From assembly GCA_040386535.1 (NCBI GenBank), contig JAZKFH010000047.1:64001-128000 (forward strand): a DNA stretch of 64,000 bases, given 5' to 3'. The first letter of the stretch is position 1; each line of letters starts with the position of its first letter. Below are positions 32,670-44,568 of this stretch, in pieces. The translations under genes and the position numbers were made by a program. This DNA comes from Myxococcota bacterium. Its GTDB lineage: Bacteria > Myxococcota_A > UBA796 > SXON01. The notes beneath the pieces were generated by a model. That model had not been told where the DNA came from and did not search any database. It saw only the letters and a program-made list of their open reading frames with translations.

Positions 32670-34222
32670 ATGTCGTTTGCAGGACTCCTGCTGCTCCTCG
32701 CCGTTCCCGCCCACGCGGTCTCGCCGTCCGCGGCGGGGCACGTGACGCTCACCGAGTTCCAGGCCGACCCGACGCGGGTGCCCCAGTACTACGGAGAGTG
32801 GTTCGAACTGTACAACAACTACCCGGGAACGCTCGACTTCGAAGGCGTCTCGATCACCAACGCCGCGGGGCAGGTGGTCACGATCGCGGGCCCCACGCTC
32901 GTCGGCGCCGGCCAGTACCTGGTGCTGGGGATCAACAACGACCGGACATACGGCTCGTCCAGCTACAACGGCAACGTCCCCGTCGACTACCTCTACACGT
33001 TCGACACCGACGCGGACGGCTTCAACATCGCGCTCTCGGACGACACGTTGACGGTCCGGTTCGGCGCCGTCGTGCTCGACACGGTGGAGTGGACCTCGGC
33101 CTGGGGGATCTCGGCGAACTACGCCCACTCCGCCAGCCTGAACGCCTACACGCTCGAGTGGGCGAACGACTACTCGATCAACTGGTGCTCTTCGGCCTCG
33201 TTCATCGCCGACTCCGGCATGTACGGCTCCCCCGGCGAGGAGAACGAGTACTGCGGCACCTCCGCGGGCGCCGACAACGACGGCGACGGCTACTCCGAGC
33301 GCGAAGGTGACTGCCGCGACGACGACGCCAACATCCACCCCGACTCGCTCGACGGCATCGACGGCGTGCCCCAGTCCTCGGGCGGTGGCGGCAACCCGAA
33401 TGACGACGCGGACTGTGACGGCGATCGCGACGACGGCGTGCTCGACAACGACGGGGACGGCATCTCCGAGGTCGATGGCGACTGCGACGACAGCGACGCG
33501 GACGTGTTTCCCGGCGCGGTCGAGCGGGACGACGGCGTCGACAACGACTGCAACGACTGCATCGACGACCTCGACGAGGACGGCGACGGCTACGGCTACT
33601 CCGAGGTCGACAGCTGCGGTGACGACTGCTCGCCCTCGCTCCCCACGAGCGCCGATCCCGACCTGCCCGCGGATCGCGACGCCGATGTCCATCCCGGCGC
33701 CACCGAGGTCCCGTACGACGGCTACGACCAGGACTGCGACGGGCTCGACCTCTGCGACTACGACGAGGACGGCTACAACTCCGACCTCTGCGTCTGCGGC
33801 ACCCGCTGCGACTGCGACGACAACAACCGGCTGATCCATCCCGGCGCCCCCGAGAACGAGAGCGACGGCATCGACAACGACTGCGACGGCGACATCGACA
33901 TCCCCGATCGCGACGGGGACGGCTTCACCGTCGAGATGGGCGACTGCATGGACATCGCGGGCGACGCGGGAGACCCCGAGCTCGTCGAGATCTCGGCGAC
34001 CGTGAACCCGGACGCCGTGGAGAAGTGCGGGGATCTGCTCGACAACGATTGTGACGGCTTCTACGACAACCTGCCCGAGTGCACGAACCCGCAGGCCTAC
34101 GCCACGGTTCGGGGCGGCGGGTTGTGCGGGGTGTCGCCGACCACGGGCGGGGCGGGCACGCTCGCGCTCGGCGCGCTGATGGGCCTGGCGGCGATCGCCC
34201 GCCGCCGTGAGGGGGGAGCACG

Positions 34223-34226
<4 letters not shown>
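32670..34226 (+). CDS. Cell-surface protein: lamin-tail domain + MopE-like Cys/Asp repeats + MYXO-CTERM-like sorting tail
   Basis: Signal peptide; TEFQADP...GEWFELYN...GSPGEEN (LTD); repeated DxDGDG...DCDD...HPGA.E..DG.DNDCDG; tail GGGLCG-hydrophobic-RRR. Confidence 0.82.
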
Positions 34227-35971
<1,745 letters not shown>

Positions 35972-35990
35972 GCCCCGAGGACCCCCGACC

Positions 35991-36905
35991 ATGCGTACCC
36001 TGCTGCTCTTCGCCCTGCTCCCCACCCTCGCCTGGGCCGGGGCCCGTGGCTCCTCCACCGAAAAGGGGGGGAAGCTCGGCGCCAATTACTGGTCCGCCCA
36101 GTCCGCGATCGACGGCAAGATCGAGACCGCCTGGATGGTGCCCGGCGAGAGCCCCAACCGCGGCGAGTGGATCGAGATCGACATCCCGCGCGGCGAGGTC
36201 GACAAGATCGCGATCTACCCGGGCTTCGGCAAGAGCGACGAGACCTACGGCGACTACCCGCGCGTCAAGCAGATGCGGATCGACGTGTTCGCGCTCGATG
36301 ACGACCAGAACGCCAAGCAGGTGGGCTCGACCACCATCGACGTGCCCGACAAGCGCGAATGGCAGACGTTCGACCTGACGGACGCGAAGATCGACGCCGG
36401 CCTGTTCGGCGGGCGCGTGCGCCTGTCCATCATCGACATCCACGACGGCGAGGACTACCCCAACCTGGGCGTGTCCGAGGTGCTCATCCACATGAAGGAG
36501 TTCGACGCGCGGGTGAAGGTCACCGCGTTGAACGACGGCGATCCCGCGGGCGCCGCCGACATGCTCGACGAGAACCCCAAGACCGCGAGCAAGCTCCCCG
36601 GCACCTCCGCCACCATGAGCCTCGAGAGCTCGGGCTTCGGCATCTCCACCATCGGGTTCGTGCCGGTCAAGGACCACGCCCGCCCCAAGACGGTGGAAAT
36701 CACCGCCGGCAACCAGACCGTGACCACGGTGCTCCCCGACAAGGCCTCCGAGGTGCAATGGGCGACCGTGCCGGGCCTCAACGGCTACACCGGCGGGGCG
36801 TTCGGCACCCTCGAGGTCAAGATCCTCGACGTGTATCCGGGCAAGGTCGCGGAGATCGGCATCGCCGAGCTCAAGGCCCGCGCGACGAACTTCGAGGCGT
36901 TGTAG
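35991..36905 (+). CDS. Secreted discoidin/F5-8-type (glycan-binding-like) tandem-domain protein
   Basis: Signal peptide; AIDGKIETAW...GEWIEI...RVK...VSEV, then a second degenerate copy. Confidence 0.7.
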   Translation: MRTLLLFALLPTLAWAGARGSSTEKGGKLGANYWSAQSAIDGKIETAWMVPGESPNRGEWIEIDIPRGEVDKIAIYPGFGKSDETYGDYPRVKQMRIDVFALDDDQNAKQVGSTTIDVPDKREWQTFDLTDAKIDAGLFGGRVRLSIIDIHDGEDYPNLGVSEVLIHMKEFDARVKVTALNDGDPAGAADMLDENPKTASKLPGTSATMSLESSGFGISTIGFVPVKDHARPKTVEITAGNQTVTTVLPDKASEVQWATVPGLNGYTGGAFGTLEVKILDVYPGKVAEIGIAELKARATNFEAL

Positions 36906-36934
36906 GCCGATCCGGCCCTGCCGGACGACGAACG

Positions 36935-36960
36935 AGAGGGGCCCTGCGGGGCCCTTCTTC
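36935..36960 (+). terminator. Terminator hairpin
   Basis: agaggggccc-tgcg-gggcccttct followed by pyrimidines. Confidence 0.55.
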
Positions 36961-37092
36961 CGTTCTCGGGGCCCACCTTGGTTGGGCGACCGACGCGGGC
37001 CGCGGTGCCCGGCACCCCGAGCGGTGCCGCCACGGCCCCGGAGCTTCGTCGTGCTCGTCGGGACGTGCGGCGCCGCGCGAGTCGCCTGGCAC

Positions 37093-37126
37093 AAAAACGA
37101 AGAGGGCCCGCCGGAGCGAGCCCTCT
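37093..37126 (-). terminator. Terminator for the Ig-domain lipoprotein gene
   Basis: Stem agagggc.cgc / gcg.gccctct with a T5 tract on the minus strand. Confidence 0.6.
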
Positions 37127-37160
37127 CGGGGGTGCGTGGGCCCGGAGGCCCGCGCGGGGC

Positions 37161-37742
37161 CTACTGGGCGGGCACCGCGGCCACGGCGGCCGCTTCGGTG
37201 ATGGTGATCTCCTGGGTCGCCGAGAGAGCGCCGCTGGTCGCGGTGATCGTGGCGGTGCCGGGCGCAACGCCCATCACGGTGCCGTCGGCCTGGACGGTCG
37301 CGACGGTGTCGGCGCTGGACGACCAGGTGACGGTCTCGCCCTGGAGGGGCGCGCCGCCGGCCTTGACGGTCGCGGTCAGCATGGCCGACTGGCCGGCGGG
37401 CCAGGGGGTGCCGGCGGTGTAGCCGGCGATCTCGACGGCGTCGGGGAGGGCGACGACGAACGTGTACTGGGCCTTGACGTCGCCGATGGCGGCGGCCACG
37501 GTGGCCTCGCCGTTGGCGATGGGCGTGACCTTGGCGCCTTCGAGCTTGGCGACGCTGTCGGGGGAGACCGACCAGGTCAGCGTGGGCTGGGGCTCAATGG
37601 CCTTGCCTTCGGCGTCGAGGACGGTGGCCTTGAGCACGTCGACCTGGTCGAGCTTGTGAACGGAGACCTTCGCGTCGCCGTCGAACTTGATGGAGGCGGG
37701 GGTCGGGGCGCAGCCCACGAAGAGAGCGAGAAGAGCAACCAT
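37161..37742 (-). CDS. Bacterial Ig-like (Big_2) domain lipoprotein
   Basis: Lipobox LFVGC; two Big_2 repeats (TWSSSADTVATVQADGTV.GVAPGTATITA). Confidence 0.85.
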   Translation of the reverse strand: MVALLALFVGCAPTPASIKFDGDAKVSVHKLDQVDVLKATVLDAEGKAIEPQPTLTWSVSPDSVAKLEGAKVTPIANGEATVAAAIGDVKAQYTFVVALPDAVEIAGYTAGTPWPAGQSAMLTATVKAGGAPLQGETVTWSSSADTVATVQADGTVMGVAPGTATITATSGALSATQEITITEAAAVAAVPAQ

Positions 37743-38025
37743 GGTAATTCCGTGACCTTTGGGGATTCTCACCCCGATTGAAGCAGGTAGAAGCGCCGCT
37801 CCTGGCGGTTCGGAAGGACGTTCTCCACGGAGCCATCCGAAGGCGGGCGGACTTTACTCTCTTGGTAAATATTTGCAAGAGGCAGGAGCGAGGATCTTTT
37901 TATCGCAGGGGAGCCGGGGCCCCCTTCCGGTACATCGGCAGGCCCGGCGGGGTACACTACGAGCCGGCGCCCCCCCGCCCTCTCTCTACCGCCTCCATCC
38001 TCGTCTCCATCCTCGGGAAACCTCG

Positions 38026-39939
38026 TTGGCAACGCCCTCGTCAGAGCCCCAACGGTTCGGTAAGTACCAGATCGTCGAGCGGATCGCCGCGGGCGGCATG
38101 GCGGAGATCTTCAAGGCCCGCCTCGACGGGATCGGGGGGTTCCACCGCACGTTCGCCATCAAGCGCATCCTCCCGCACCTCACGACGAACCCCGAGTTCG
38201 TCGACATGCTGGTGGACGAGGCGAAGGTCGCCGGGCTGCTCTCGCACGCCAACATCGTGCAGATCCTCGATCTCGGGTCGATCGACCAGCAGTACTACAT
38301 CGCGATGGAGTACGTGAACGGCCGGGATCTCGGCCTGCTCCTGGCGCGGTGCGCCGAGAAGGGCATCACCCTGCCGGTGCCGCACGCGGTTTACGTGCTG
38401 CTCGAGATGCTCAAGGGGCTCGAGTACGCCCACAACCGCCAGGTGATGCGTGGCGGGCGCCCCGTGCCGCTCAACATCGTGCACCGCGACATCTCCCCCG
38501 CGAACGTGCTCGTGAGCTTCCAGGGCGAGGTCAAGCTCACCGATTTCGGCATCGCCAAGGCCTCGGTCAAGGCGCTCGAGACCATGTCGGGCGTGGTGAA
38601 GGGCCGCTTCGACTACATGAGCCCGGAGCAGGCCAGCGGCAGCGGGGACGTCGATCAGCGGTCCGACCTGTACTCCGCCGGCGTCGTGCTCTATGAGGTG
38701 TTGACCGGTCGGCACCCGTTCCGGCAGCCCGGCGAGCTCGCGACCATCGAGGCCATCCGCCGCGGCACCTACGAGCCGCCCAGCTACGTCAATCCGGACG
38801 TGCCGTACGCCCTCGACCTGGTGGTCGAGCAGGCGCTCAAGGCCAACCCGGCCGAGCGCTTCGCGACCGCCACCGCGTTCAAGGACGCCCTGGATCGGTT
38901 CTTCCACGACGCCGGCTTCATCTTCTCCGCCTCGACGCTCGCCGCGTTCCTCAAGGGGCTGTTCCCCGAGAGCGAGACCCGCGCCCCCTCTTCGGGCCCG
39001 ATCCTCGCGGCCTCGCGCCCCGCGGCGCGGCTGGCGCGGGACCAGGCCGACGATGTCGTGCTGGACGAGGATTCCTCCACCTCCGGGCGGCGGCGCGGCC
39101 CCGTGAACGGGATCTCCCCCGGGGGCCTCCCGAGCGCCGACAGCACGCTGCGGGACGTGGCGGGGCTGCTCCGGTCCCTGCCCGACGCGGGGCAGTCCGG
39201 CGCGTTCGGCCCCGTGGCCGGCCTCGCGGACGAGTCGACGCTGATCCGCCCCGCGCCCGGCATCGATCCGCGCGAGTGGTCCGAGGCGGCGACCGCGGTG
39301 CGCCCCGACCCCGCGGCGCGCTCGGCCATCGCCCGCTCCATCGTGCCGCAGCCGACGACGCAGCCGTTGTCGCAGCGCGCGCCGCCTCCCGGGGCTCCCC
39401 CGCGCCCCGCGTCGCCCCAGGGGCCCGCGGGGACCGGCCTGCGGCCCGCGGACGCGACCACGTCGCGCTTCCCGAGCGCCAGCAGCATCCCCGGGCCGAA
39501 GGCGAGCCCCCCGCCCGCGCCCCGCCCGGCCGCGCGTGAAGCGGCCACGCCCGAGCCGCGGACGCGCATCGTGGCCCGCACGCCGGCCCACGTCCACCTG
39601 CTCTACGTCGCGACCGCGGTCATGACCGCCGTGGCCGGGCTGCTCGTGGGGTTGTTCGTCGGCTCCGCGGCCCGCGCCCGCGCCCCCGAGGAGCCGCCGG
39701 TCCTCAAGCTCGACCCCATCGTCGAGATCCACTTCCCCGCGGGCGCCACCGTCACGCTCGACGGGCGCGACGTGCCCGGCCCCTCGCCCGCCACGACCAC
39801 CCTCGCCGCCGGCCGCCCTGCCCTCGTGCGCATCTCGAGCCCCGACCACGCGCCCGCGGAGAGCCAGCTCCTCCTCGACTACAACCAGATGCGTGTCCTC
39901 GACTTCGTGCTGGTGGATCTCAAGAAAAAGGAACCCTGA
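38026..39939 (+). CDS. Serine/threonine protein kinase, membrane-anchored
   Basis: FGKYQ..GGMAEIF, AIKRI, HRDISPAN, DFG, YMSPEQ; Pro-rich linker, TM, PEGA-like C-terminus; TTG start inferred. Confidence 0.92.
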   Translation: MATPSSEPQRFGKYQIVERIAAGGMAEIFKARLDGIGGFHRTFAIKRILPHLTTNPEFVDMLVDEAKVAGLLSHANIVQILDLGSIDQQYYIAMEYVNGRDLGLLLARCAEKGITLPVPHAVYVLLEMLKGLEYAHNRQVMRGGRPVPLNIVHRDISPANVLVSFQGEVKLTDFGIAKASVKALETMSGVVKGRFDYMSPEQASGSGDVDQRSDLYSAGVVLYEVLTGRHPFRQPGELATIEAIRRGTYEPPSYVNPDVPYALDLVVEQALKANPAERFATATAFKDALDRFFHDAGFIFSASTLAAFLKGLFPESETRAPSSGPILAASRPAARLARDQADDVVLDEDSSTSGRRRGPVNGISPGGLPSADSTLRDVAGLLRSLPDAGQSGAFGPVAGLADESTLIRPAPGIDPREWSEAATAVRPDPAARSAIARSIVPQPTTQPLSQRAPPPGAPPRPASPQGPAGTGLRPADATTSRFPSASSIPGPKASPPPAPRPAAREAATPEPRTRIVARTPAHVHLLYVATAVMTAVAGLLVGLFVGSAARARAPEEPPVLKLDPIVEIHFPAGATVTLDGRDVPGPSPATTTLAAGRPALVRISSPDHAPAESQLLLDYNQMRVLDFVLVDLKKKEP

Positions 39940-39941
39940 AC

Positions 39942-40874
39942 GTGGATTCCATCGCGCGGACCCGCCCGCTGCCCATGGCCGCCCTCGCGGCGCTTCGTCC
40001 CAAGCAGTGGGCGAAACAAGTGCTCCTGCTACCCGCGATCATCTTCTCCGACGCCATCCGGAGCCCGACCGAGTGGCTCCACCTCGGCGTCGCCGTCCTG
40101 GCGTTCTGCCTGCTCTCGAGCACCGGCTACATCTTCAACGACTGGCGGGACATCGAGGCCGACCGGCGCCACCCGAAGAAGCGGTTCCGGCCGCTGGCGA
40201 GCGGCGAGCTGACCGAGCGCGCGGCGTGGGGCGTGATGGCACTGGCGTTCGTGGGCGCGCTCAGCCTCGCGTGGGCCGTGAGCCCGTCGTTCATGGTGGT
40301 GGCGCTGCTCTACTTCGTGACGACCGTGTCGTACTCGACGTACTTCAAGCACATCGTCATCCTCGACGTGATGTTCCTCGCGGCCTGCTACCTCTGGCGC
40401 CCGGTGGCCGGCGCGGTGGCGATCGCCGTGGCGATCAGCCCCTGGCTGCTGCTGTGCACCGCGTTCCTCGCGCTGTTCCTCGGCTTCAACAAGCGCCGCG
40501 GCGAGATCATGCTGCTCGAAGGGGTGGGCGGCACCCGGCGGAGCCTCGATGAGTACAGCCCGGCGATGCTGTCCGAGTTCCAGGCGATCACGACGTCCGG
40601 CACGATCATCAGCTACGCGCTGTACACCGTGCTCGGCTCGCCGACCGACTGGCTCCTGCTCACGTTGCCGTTCGTGCTGTTCGGCATCTTCCGGTACATC
40701 TACCTGATGGATCAGAAGGGCGAGGGCGCGGCCCCGGACGAGACGCTCCTGCGCGACCGGCCGATCCTCGTGACCTGCCTGCTCTACCTCATCGTCGCCG
40801 TCGCGGTCCTCGGGGTGGCCCCCCGCACGGACCGCCATCCCAGCGTGGCCGTCGAGCGCCACGCGGCGCCCTGA
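39942..40874 (+). CDS. UbiA family, decaprenyl-phosphate phosphoribosyltransferase-like
   Basis: LRPKQW, YIFND..D...DRRHPKKR.RPLASG, KRRGE, R.SL..Y. Confidence 0.85.
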   Translation: MDSIARTRPLPMAALAALRPKQWAKQVLLLPAIIFSDAIRSPTEWLHLGVAVLAFCLLSSTGYIFNDWRDIEADRRHPKKRFRPLASGELTERAAWGVMALAFVGALSLAWAVSPSFMVVALLYFVTTVSYSTYFKHIVILDVMFLAACYLWRPVAGAVAIAVAISPWLLLCTAFLALFLGFNKRRGEIMLLEGVGGTRRSLDEYSPAMLSEFQAITTSGTIISYALYTVLGSPTDWLLLTLPFVLFGIFRYIYLMDQKGEGAAPDETLLRDRPILVTCLLYLIVAVAVLGVAPRTDRHPSVAVERHAAP

Positions 40875-41996
40875 CTACTCCGACGCGAGCAGCGGCGTGA
40901 GGAGCACCAGCTCGCCCAACGGCACGCCGCCCACCTCGGGCGCGGACGTGAGCACCGTGGTGGGCTGGCCGGGATCCGCGTCCGCGTAGAGGACCGCGAA
41001 GGGGAGCGGGTCCGCGCCGCCCAGGGCGCCGCTCAGCGCGTGGCTGGGGATGCACGCCTCGTAGGCCGCCCCGAGCCAGGTGGGCGCCAGGCGCGCCTCG
41101 GTGCCCGTCGGAGCGGCGGTCTCGGTGACCGGGAGGGTGAGGGTCACGGTGTCGAGATGGAGCGTGAGCTGGTCCCCGGGATCCGCGTGGTCGTCCCGCA
41201 CGCGCCCCGCCACGCAGACCCGCTCGGGGTTCCAGACGGCGGCGACGCTGAAGCTCCCGTCCCGCGGGCCGTCCCAGCCGTTGGCGCCGGACTGGAGCTG
41301 CCACGGGGCCTCGACGACCAACGGCGCGGCGGTCGGCCAGTCGACGAGGTCCCCGTCGGGCGTGACGGTGCGTTCCTGGGCGCTGACGCGGGCGCGGCCG
41401 CGGAACGTGCGGTTGACCACCTCGTCGGCCTCGCCCGTGGCCCCGCGCACCCAGTACACCCCCAGGAGCCGCGCGACGCCGGACGCGAGCTTGACGCCCT
41501 CGGGCGCGTGCTCCTGGGGCAGGAACAGGCGGAGGGTGCCCTGCTCGAGGGCCACGCGGAAGCCGGCGCCGGGGCCCGGGTGATCGAGCGGCAGGCCGGG
41601 CACCGGGCTCACGCCGCAGCGGCCGTCCTTCATCGAGCACGCGCGCACCTCGTTCTCGGGCGGACCCGCGTTGAGCCAGACGGTGCGCTGATGGACGGCG
41701 AGGAGCCGGGGCGTTCGCCCCGCGCCGAACCGAACGCGCTCGCCCGTCACCCGGTCGACGACAGCGAGGCCGTCGGTGTCGCCCTCGAGGCTCCACACGC
41801 GCCGCCCATCGTATACCTGCGCGCCCGCCGCGATGCGCACGTCGAGCTGATCGCGGCTGTTGCGCCGCAGCCCCAGGAGCAGCGAGAGTGGAGTGCCGTC
41901 GTCCCGTTCGGCGAGGATCGAGAGCTCGCTGGGCAGGACCGCGCGGCGTGCGGGCTCCAGGCGGTCGCAGCCCGCGAGGAGGAGGACGCCGATCAG
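40875..41996 (-). CDS. Hypothetical lipoprotein with C-terminal CBM9/DOMON-like domain
   Basis: LLLAGC lipobox; PDGDLVDW...WDGPRD.S...VRDD pattern; start uncertain (CTG overlapping the upstream stop). Confidence 0.55.
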   Translation of the reverse strand: MIGVLLLAGCDRLEPARRAVLPSELSILAERDDGTPLSLLLGLRRNSRDQLDVRIAAGAQVYDGRRVWSLEGDTDGLAVVDRVTGERVRFGAGRTPRLLAVHQRTVWLNAGPPENEVRACSMKDGRCGVSPVPGLPLDHPGPGAGFRVALEQGTLRLFLPQEHAPEGVKLASGVARLLGVYWVRGATGEADEVVNRTFRGRARVSAQERTVTPDGDLVDWPTAAPLVVEAPWQLQSGANGWDGPRDGSFSVAAVWNPERVCVAGRVRDDHADPGDQLTLHLDTVTLTLPVTETAAPTGTEARLAPTWLGAAYEACIPSHALSGALGGADPLPFAVLYADADPGQPTTVLTSAPEVGGVPLGELVLLTPLLASE

Positions 41997-42517
41997 GGCA
42001 TGGCGGCGCAGAGGGCCTCGACGTCCGGCAAGTCCGCCACCGTGCGGGCGTAGCGTGCGTAGCGGACGCGGCCGTCGGCGCCGAGGAGGAACTCGGCGGG
42101 GAGCAGATCGGCGCCGCCTTCGGGACGGCCGCGCGCGAGGGTCAGCGACGCGAGCAGGGTGCGCAGGGTGTCGGGCCGCAGGCCCACGAGCGAGCGCACA
42201 AGGCCCCGGTCCCGGCCGACGCCCCACGCGTCGAAGCGCGCGTTGTCGGGCTCGACGACGATCGGGAACAGGACGTGCTGGCGGGGCACGAAGTCACGCG
42301 CCAGCGTCAGGTCGCACCGGGTGAACGCGACCATGCCGACCCCGGCCGCGTCGAGCCGGGGGAGGGCCCGCTCGGCCTCCGTGATCGCGGCGCGCGCGAG
42401 GCCGCCCGACAACGAACGCAGGAACAGCACGACGAGCGGCCGGACGCCGGTCTGCACGGGCAGGCCGAAGACCGGCTGCACGCGGAAGGCCGGGGCGGGA
42501 TCACCGGGGCGGAGCAT
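41993..42517 (-). CDS. AhpC/TSA-fold (peroxiredoxin-like) protein lacking CxxC
   Basis: [10 protein letters not shown] start, VLFLR, LPAEFLLGADGRV end. Confidence 0.7.
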   Translation of the reverse strand: MLRPGDPAPAFRVQPVFGLPVQTGVRPLVVLFLRSLSGGLARAAITEAERALPRLDAAGVGMVAFTRCDLTLARDFVPRQHVLFPIVVEPDNARFDAWGVGRDRGLVRSLVGLRPDTLRTLLASLTLARGRPEGGADLLPAEFLLGADGRVRYARYARTVADLPDVEALCAAMP

Positions 42518-42899
42518 TGGTGTCCGTGGGCGGCGGAGCGCAGTCCGTGCCGTCGGTGATGACGCGCTCCATGCGCCGTTGGGGCTCGAGCCAGGCCTCC
42601 ACCAGCTCCGGCGGGAGGCCGGCGCGCTCGATCTCCTGCCGGAGCAGGGCGAGCCGCCGCCGGAACTGCCCCGCGTTGATGCGGAGCGTGCGGTGGAGGG
42701 GGGCGATGGGGCGGCCGGTGTAGGCCACGGGCGCGCCGAGCGAGGCGGCGGCGTGCTCGTATTCGTGCAACTTCACGGCGGAGCGGTCCTTGCCGGCGAA
42801 GAAGAAGCCTATGATCGAATCGTCGAATTGGCGATCGACGAACCGATCGACGATCGCGCGCACGACGGGTTCGCCGCCCGCGCGCTCGAAGGCGGTCAT
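42501..42899 (-). CDS. Group I truncated hemoglobin
   Basis: FERAGG, D..IGFFF, LG.P..YTGR...H (proximal His). Confidence 0.82.
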   Translation of the reverse strand: MTAFERAGGEPVVRAIVDRFVDRQFDDSIIGFFFAGKDRSAVKLHEYEHAAASLGAPVAYTGRPIAPLHRTLRINAGQFRRRLALLRQEIERAGLPPELVEAWLEPQRRMERVITDGTDCAPPPTDTNAPPR

Positions 42900-43402
42900 C
42901 CCGGCGGCGCGGGCGGAACGGCGGCGCCCGCGGTGGCCGGGTCGGGGAGGACCTGTCCGGGATCGAGGCGCGCGGGGCCGTCCTCATCCATCTTGGCGAG
43001 GCCCACCGTGTCGGCACCGGCGGTGCGCACGAGATCCATCACCTGGACCACGCGGCCGTAGTTGGCCTCGGGCGCGGCGTCGATGAACACGGTCTTCTTC
43101 GCCTTGGAGCGGAGGCGCTGCGTGATCTCCTTCATGAGGTCCTCGTCGGTGCCCTCCTTCAGGTTCAGCGCGATCTTGCCGTCTTCGTACACGGCCACCA
43201 TGAGCTGGTCCGGCGGGGTGTCGGGGGGGGGCGGCGGCGGCTCTTCCGTGTCCGGAGGCGGCAGGTTGCTCGCCATCTTCCGCACCGTCACCGGCGTCAT
43301 CACCATGAAGATGATGAGCAGGACCAGCACGACGTCGATGAGCGGCGTCACGTTGATCTCGTCCATGCCCCCCTGGGCGCTCGTCGGGACCTTGATCGAC
43401 AT
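42896..43402 (-). CDS. exbD: ExbD/TolR family protein
   Basis: [29 protein letters not shown]. Confidence 0.92.
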   Translation of the reverse strand: MSIKVPTSAQGGMDEINVTPLIDVVLVLLIIFMVMTPVTVRKMASNLPPPDTEEPPPPPPDTPPDQLMVAVYEDGKIALNLKEGTDEDLMKEITQRLRSKAKKTVFIDAAPEANYGRVVQVMDLVRTAGADTVGLAKMDEDGPARLDPGQVLPDPATAGAAVPPAPPG

Positions 43403-43404
43403 CG

Positions 43405-43815
43405 CTACTCCTTCAGCTTCTCGGCCGCGAGGAGCATGGTGTCGGTGCCGGGGAGCTCATGGAGCTTGTCCATGACATCGCGCACCTGCTTGTACGTTGC
43501 GGACTGGTCACCCTTCAGGAGCATCGGGCGGTTGGCCCGCTCCTTCTCGACCAGCTGGGCGAGGTCGTCGAGGACGACCTGGGTGCGGTCCACATAGACC
43601 GTTCCATCGCCCTTGACCGAGATGACGAGGTGCTGCCCCATGTCCTTCTCTTCCTCGGCGGTCTTCGCCCGAGGGAGGTCGACGTCGACCCCGGAGGACA
43701 ACATCGGGGTGACCACCATGAAGATGATGAGCAGCACCAGCACGACGTCGACGAGAGGCGTGACGTTGATGTCCGCCATCGCGCCGCCTTTTTTTCCACC
43801 GACCTTCGCGCCCAT
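43405..43815 (-). CDS. exbD: ExbD/TolR family protein
   Basis: [27 protein letters not shown]...Y..V..VMD. Confidence 0.92.
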   Translation of the reverse strand: MGAKVGGKKGGAMADINVTPLVDVVLVLLIIFMVVTPMLSSGVDVDLPRAKTAEEEKDMGQHLVISVKGDGTVYVDRTQVVLDDLAQLVEKERANRPMLLKGDQSATYKQVRDVMDKLHELPGTDTMLLAAEKLKE

Positions 43816-43836
43816 GTTGGTGTCTCCGCCCCGCCG

Positions 43837-44520
43837 CTACTTCGCGGCCTGGCTTTCGGAGCGGCGCAACACGTCCTTCTCGGCCCAGTCCACGAGCTCC
43901 CCGATGGACGTGGTCATGTCCTTCGAGATGTCGTCGATCACGGCGTTGAAGTAGTTGTAGAGCCAGATGGCGACGATCGCGACGGCGATGCCGAACGCGG
44001 TCGACACGAGCGCCTCGGCGATGCCGCCGGAGATGGCGGTCAGATCCGCGCCGCCCTCCGCGCTCATCATCGAGAACGCGTTGATGATGCCGAAGATGGT
44101 GCCGACGAGACCGACGAACGGGGCGGTCGAGCCGGTGGTGGCGAGGACGTTCATGCCCTTGCGCAGCGCCGCCGCCTCGTTCATCGCCATGCGCTCGAGC
44201 CCGCGCTTGGCGGCCTCGATGCCGTGCTTGTCGGGGCGAGCGCGGTACTCGGAGAGCCCCGACTTCACGATGGAGCCGAGGTAGGCGAGCTTGTACTGCT
44301 CGCTGGCGACGAGCTTGAGCGAGGCATCCATGTCGCCGGAGGCGAGGGGCTTGGCGATCGCCTCGGCGAGGGCGCGCGACTGGGCGCGGGCGCGGAGGAA
44401 CATGACCATGCGCTCGATGCCGACGTACACGCTCCAGACCAGCATGACCAGGAGGAGGACGAAGATGGTCTTCGCGGGGACGCCCATGACGGCCCAGAGA
44501 TGCTGAGGGGAGAGATCCAT
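43837..44520 (-). CDS. exbB: MotA/TolQ/ExbB proton channel
   Basis: LATTGSTAPFVGLVGT, GIAEALVSTAFG. Confidence 0.93.
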   Translation of the reverse strand: MDLSPQHLWAVMGVPAKTIFVLLLVMLVWSVYVGIERMVMFLRARAQSRALAEAIAKPLASGDMDASLKLVASEQYKLAYLGSIVKSGLSEYRARPDKHGIEAAKRGLERMAMNEAAALRKGMNVLATTGSTAPFVGLVGTIFGIINAFSMMSAEGGADLTAISGGIAEALVSTAFGIAVAIVAIWLYNYFNAVIDDISKDMTTSIGELVDWAEKDVLRRSESQAAK

Positions 44521-44568
44521 GTCGTACGTCCTCCGGCGGCGCCGGCGATCTGACAGTTGGAAGGCCTG

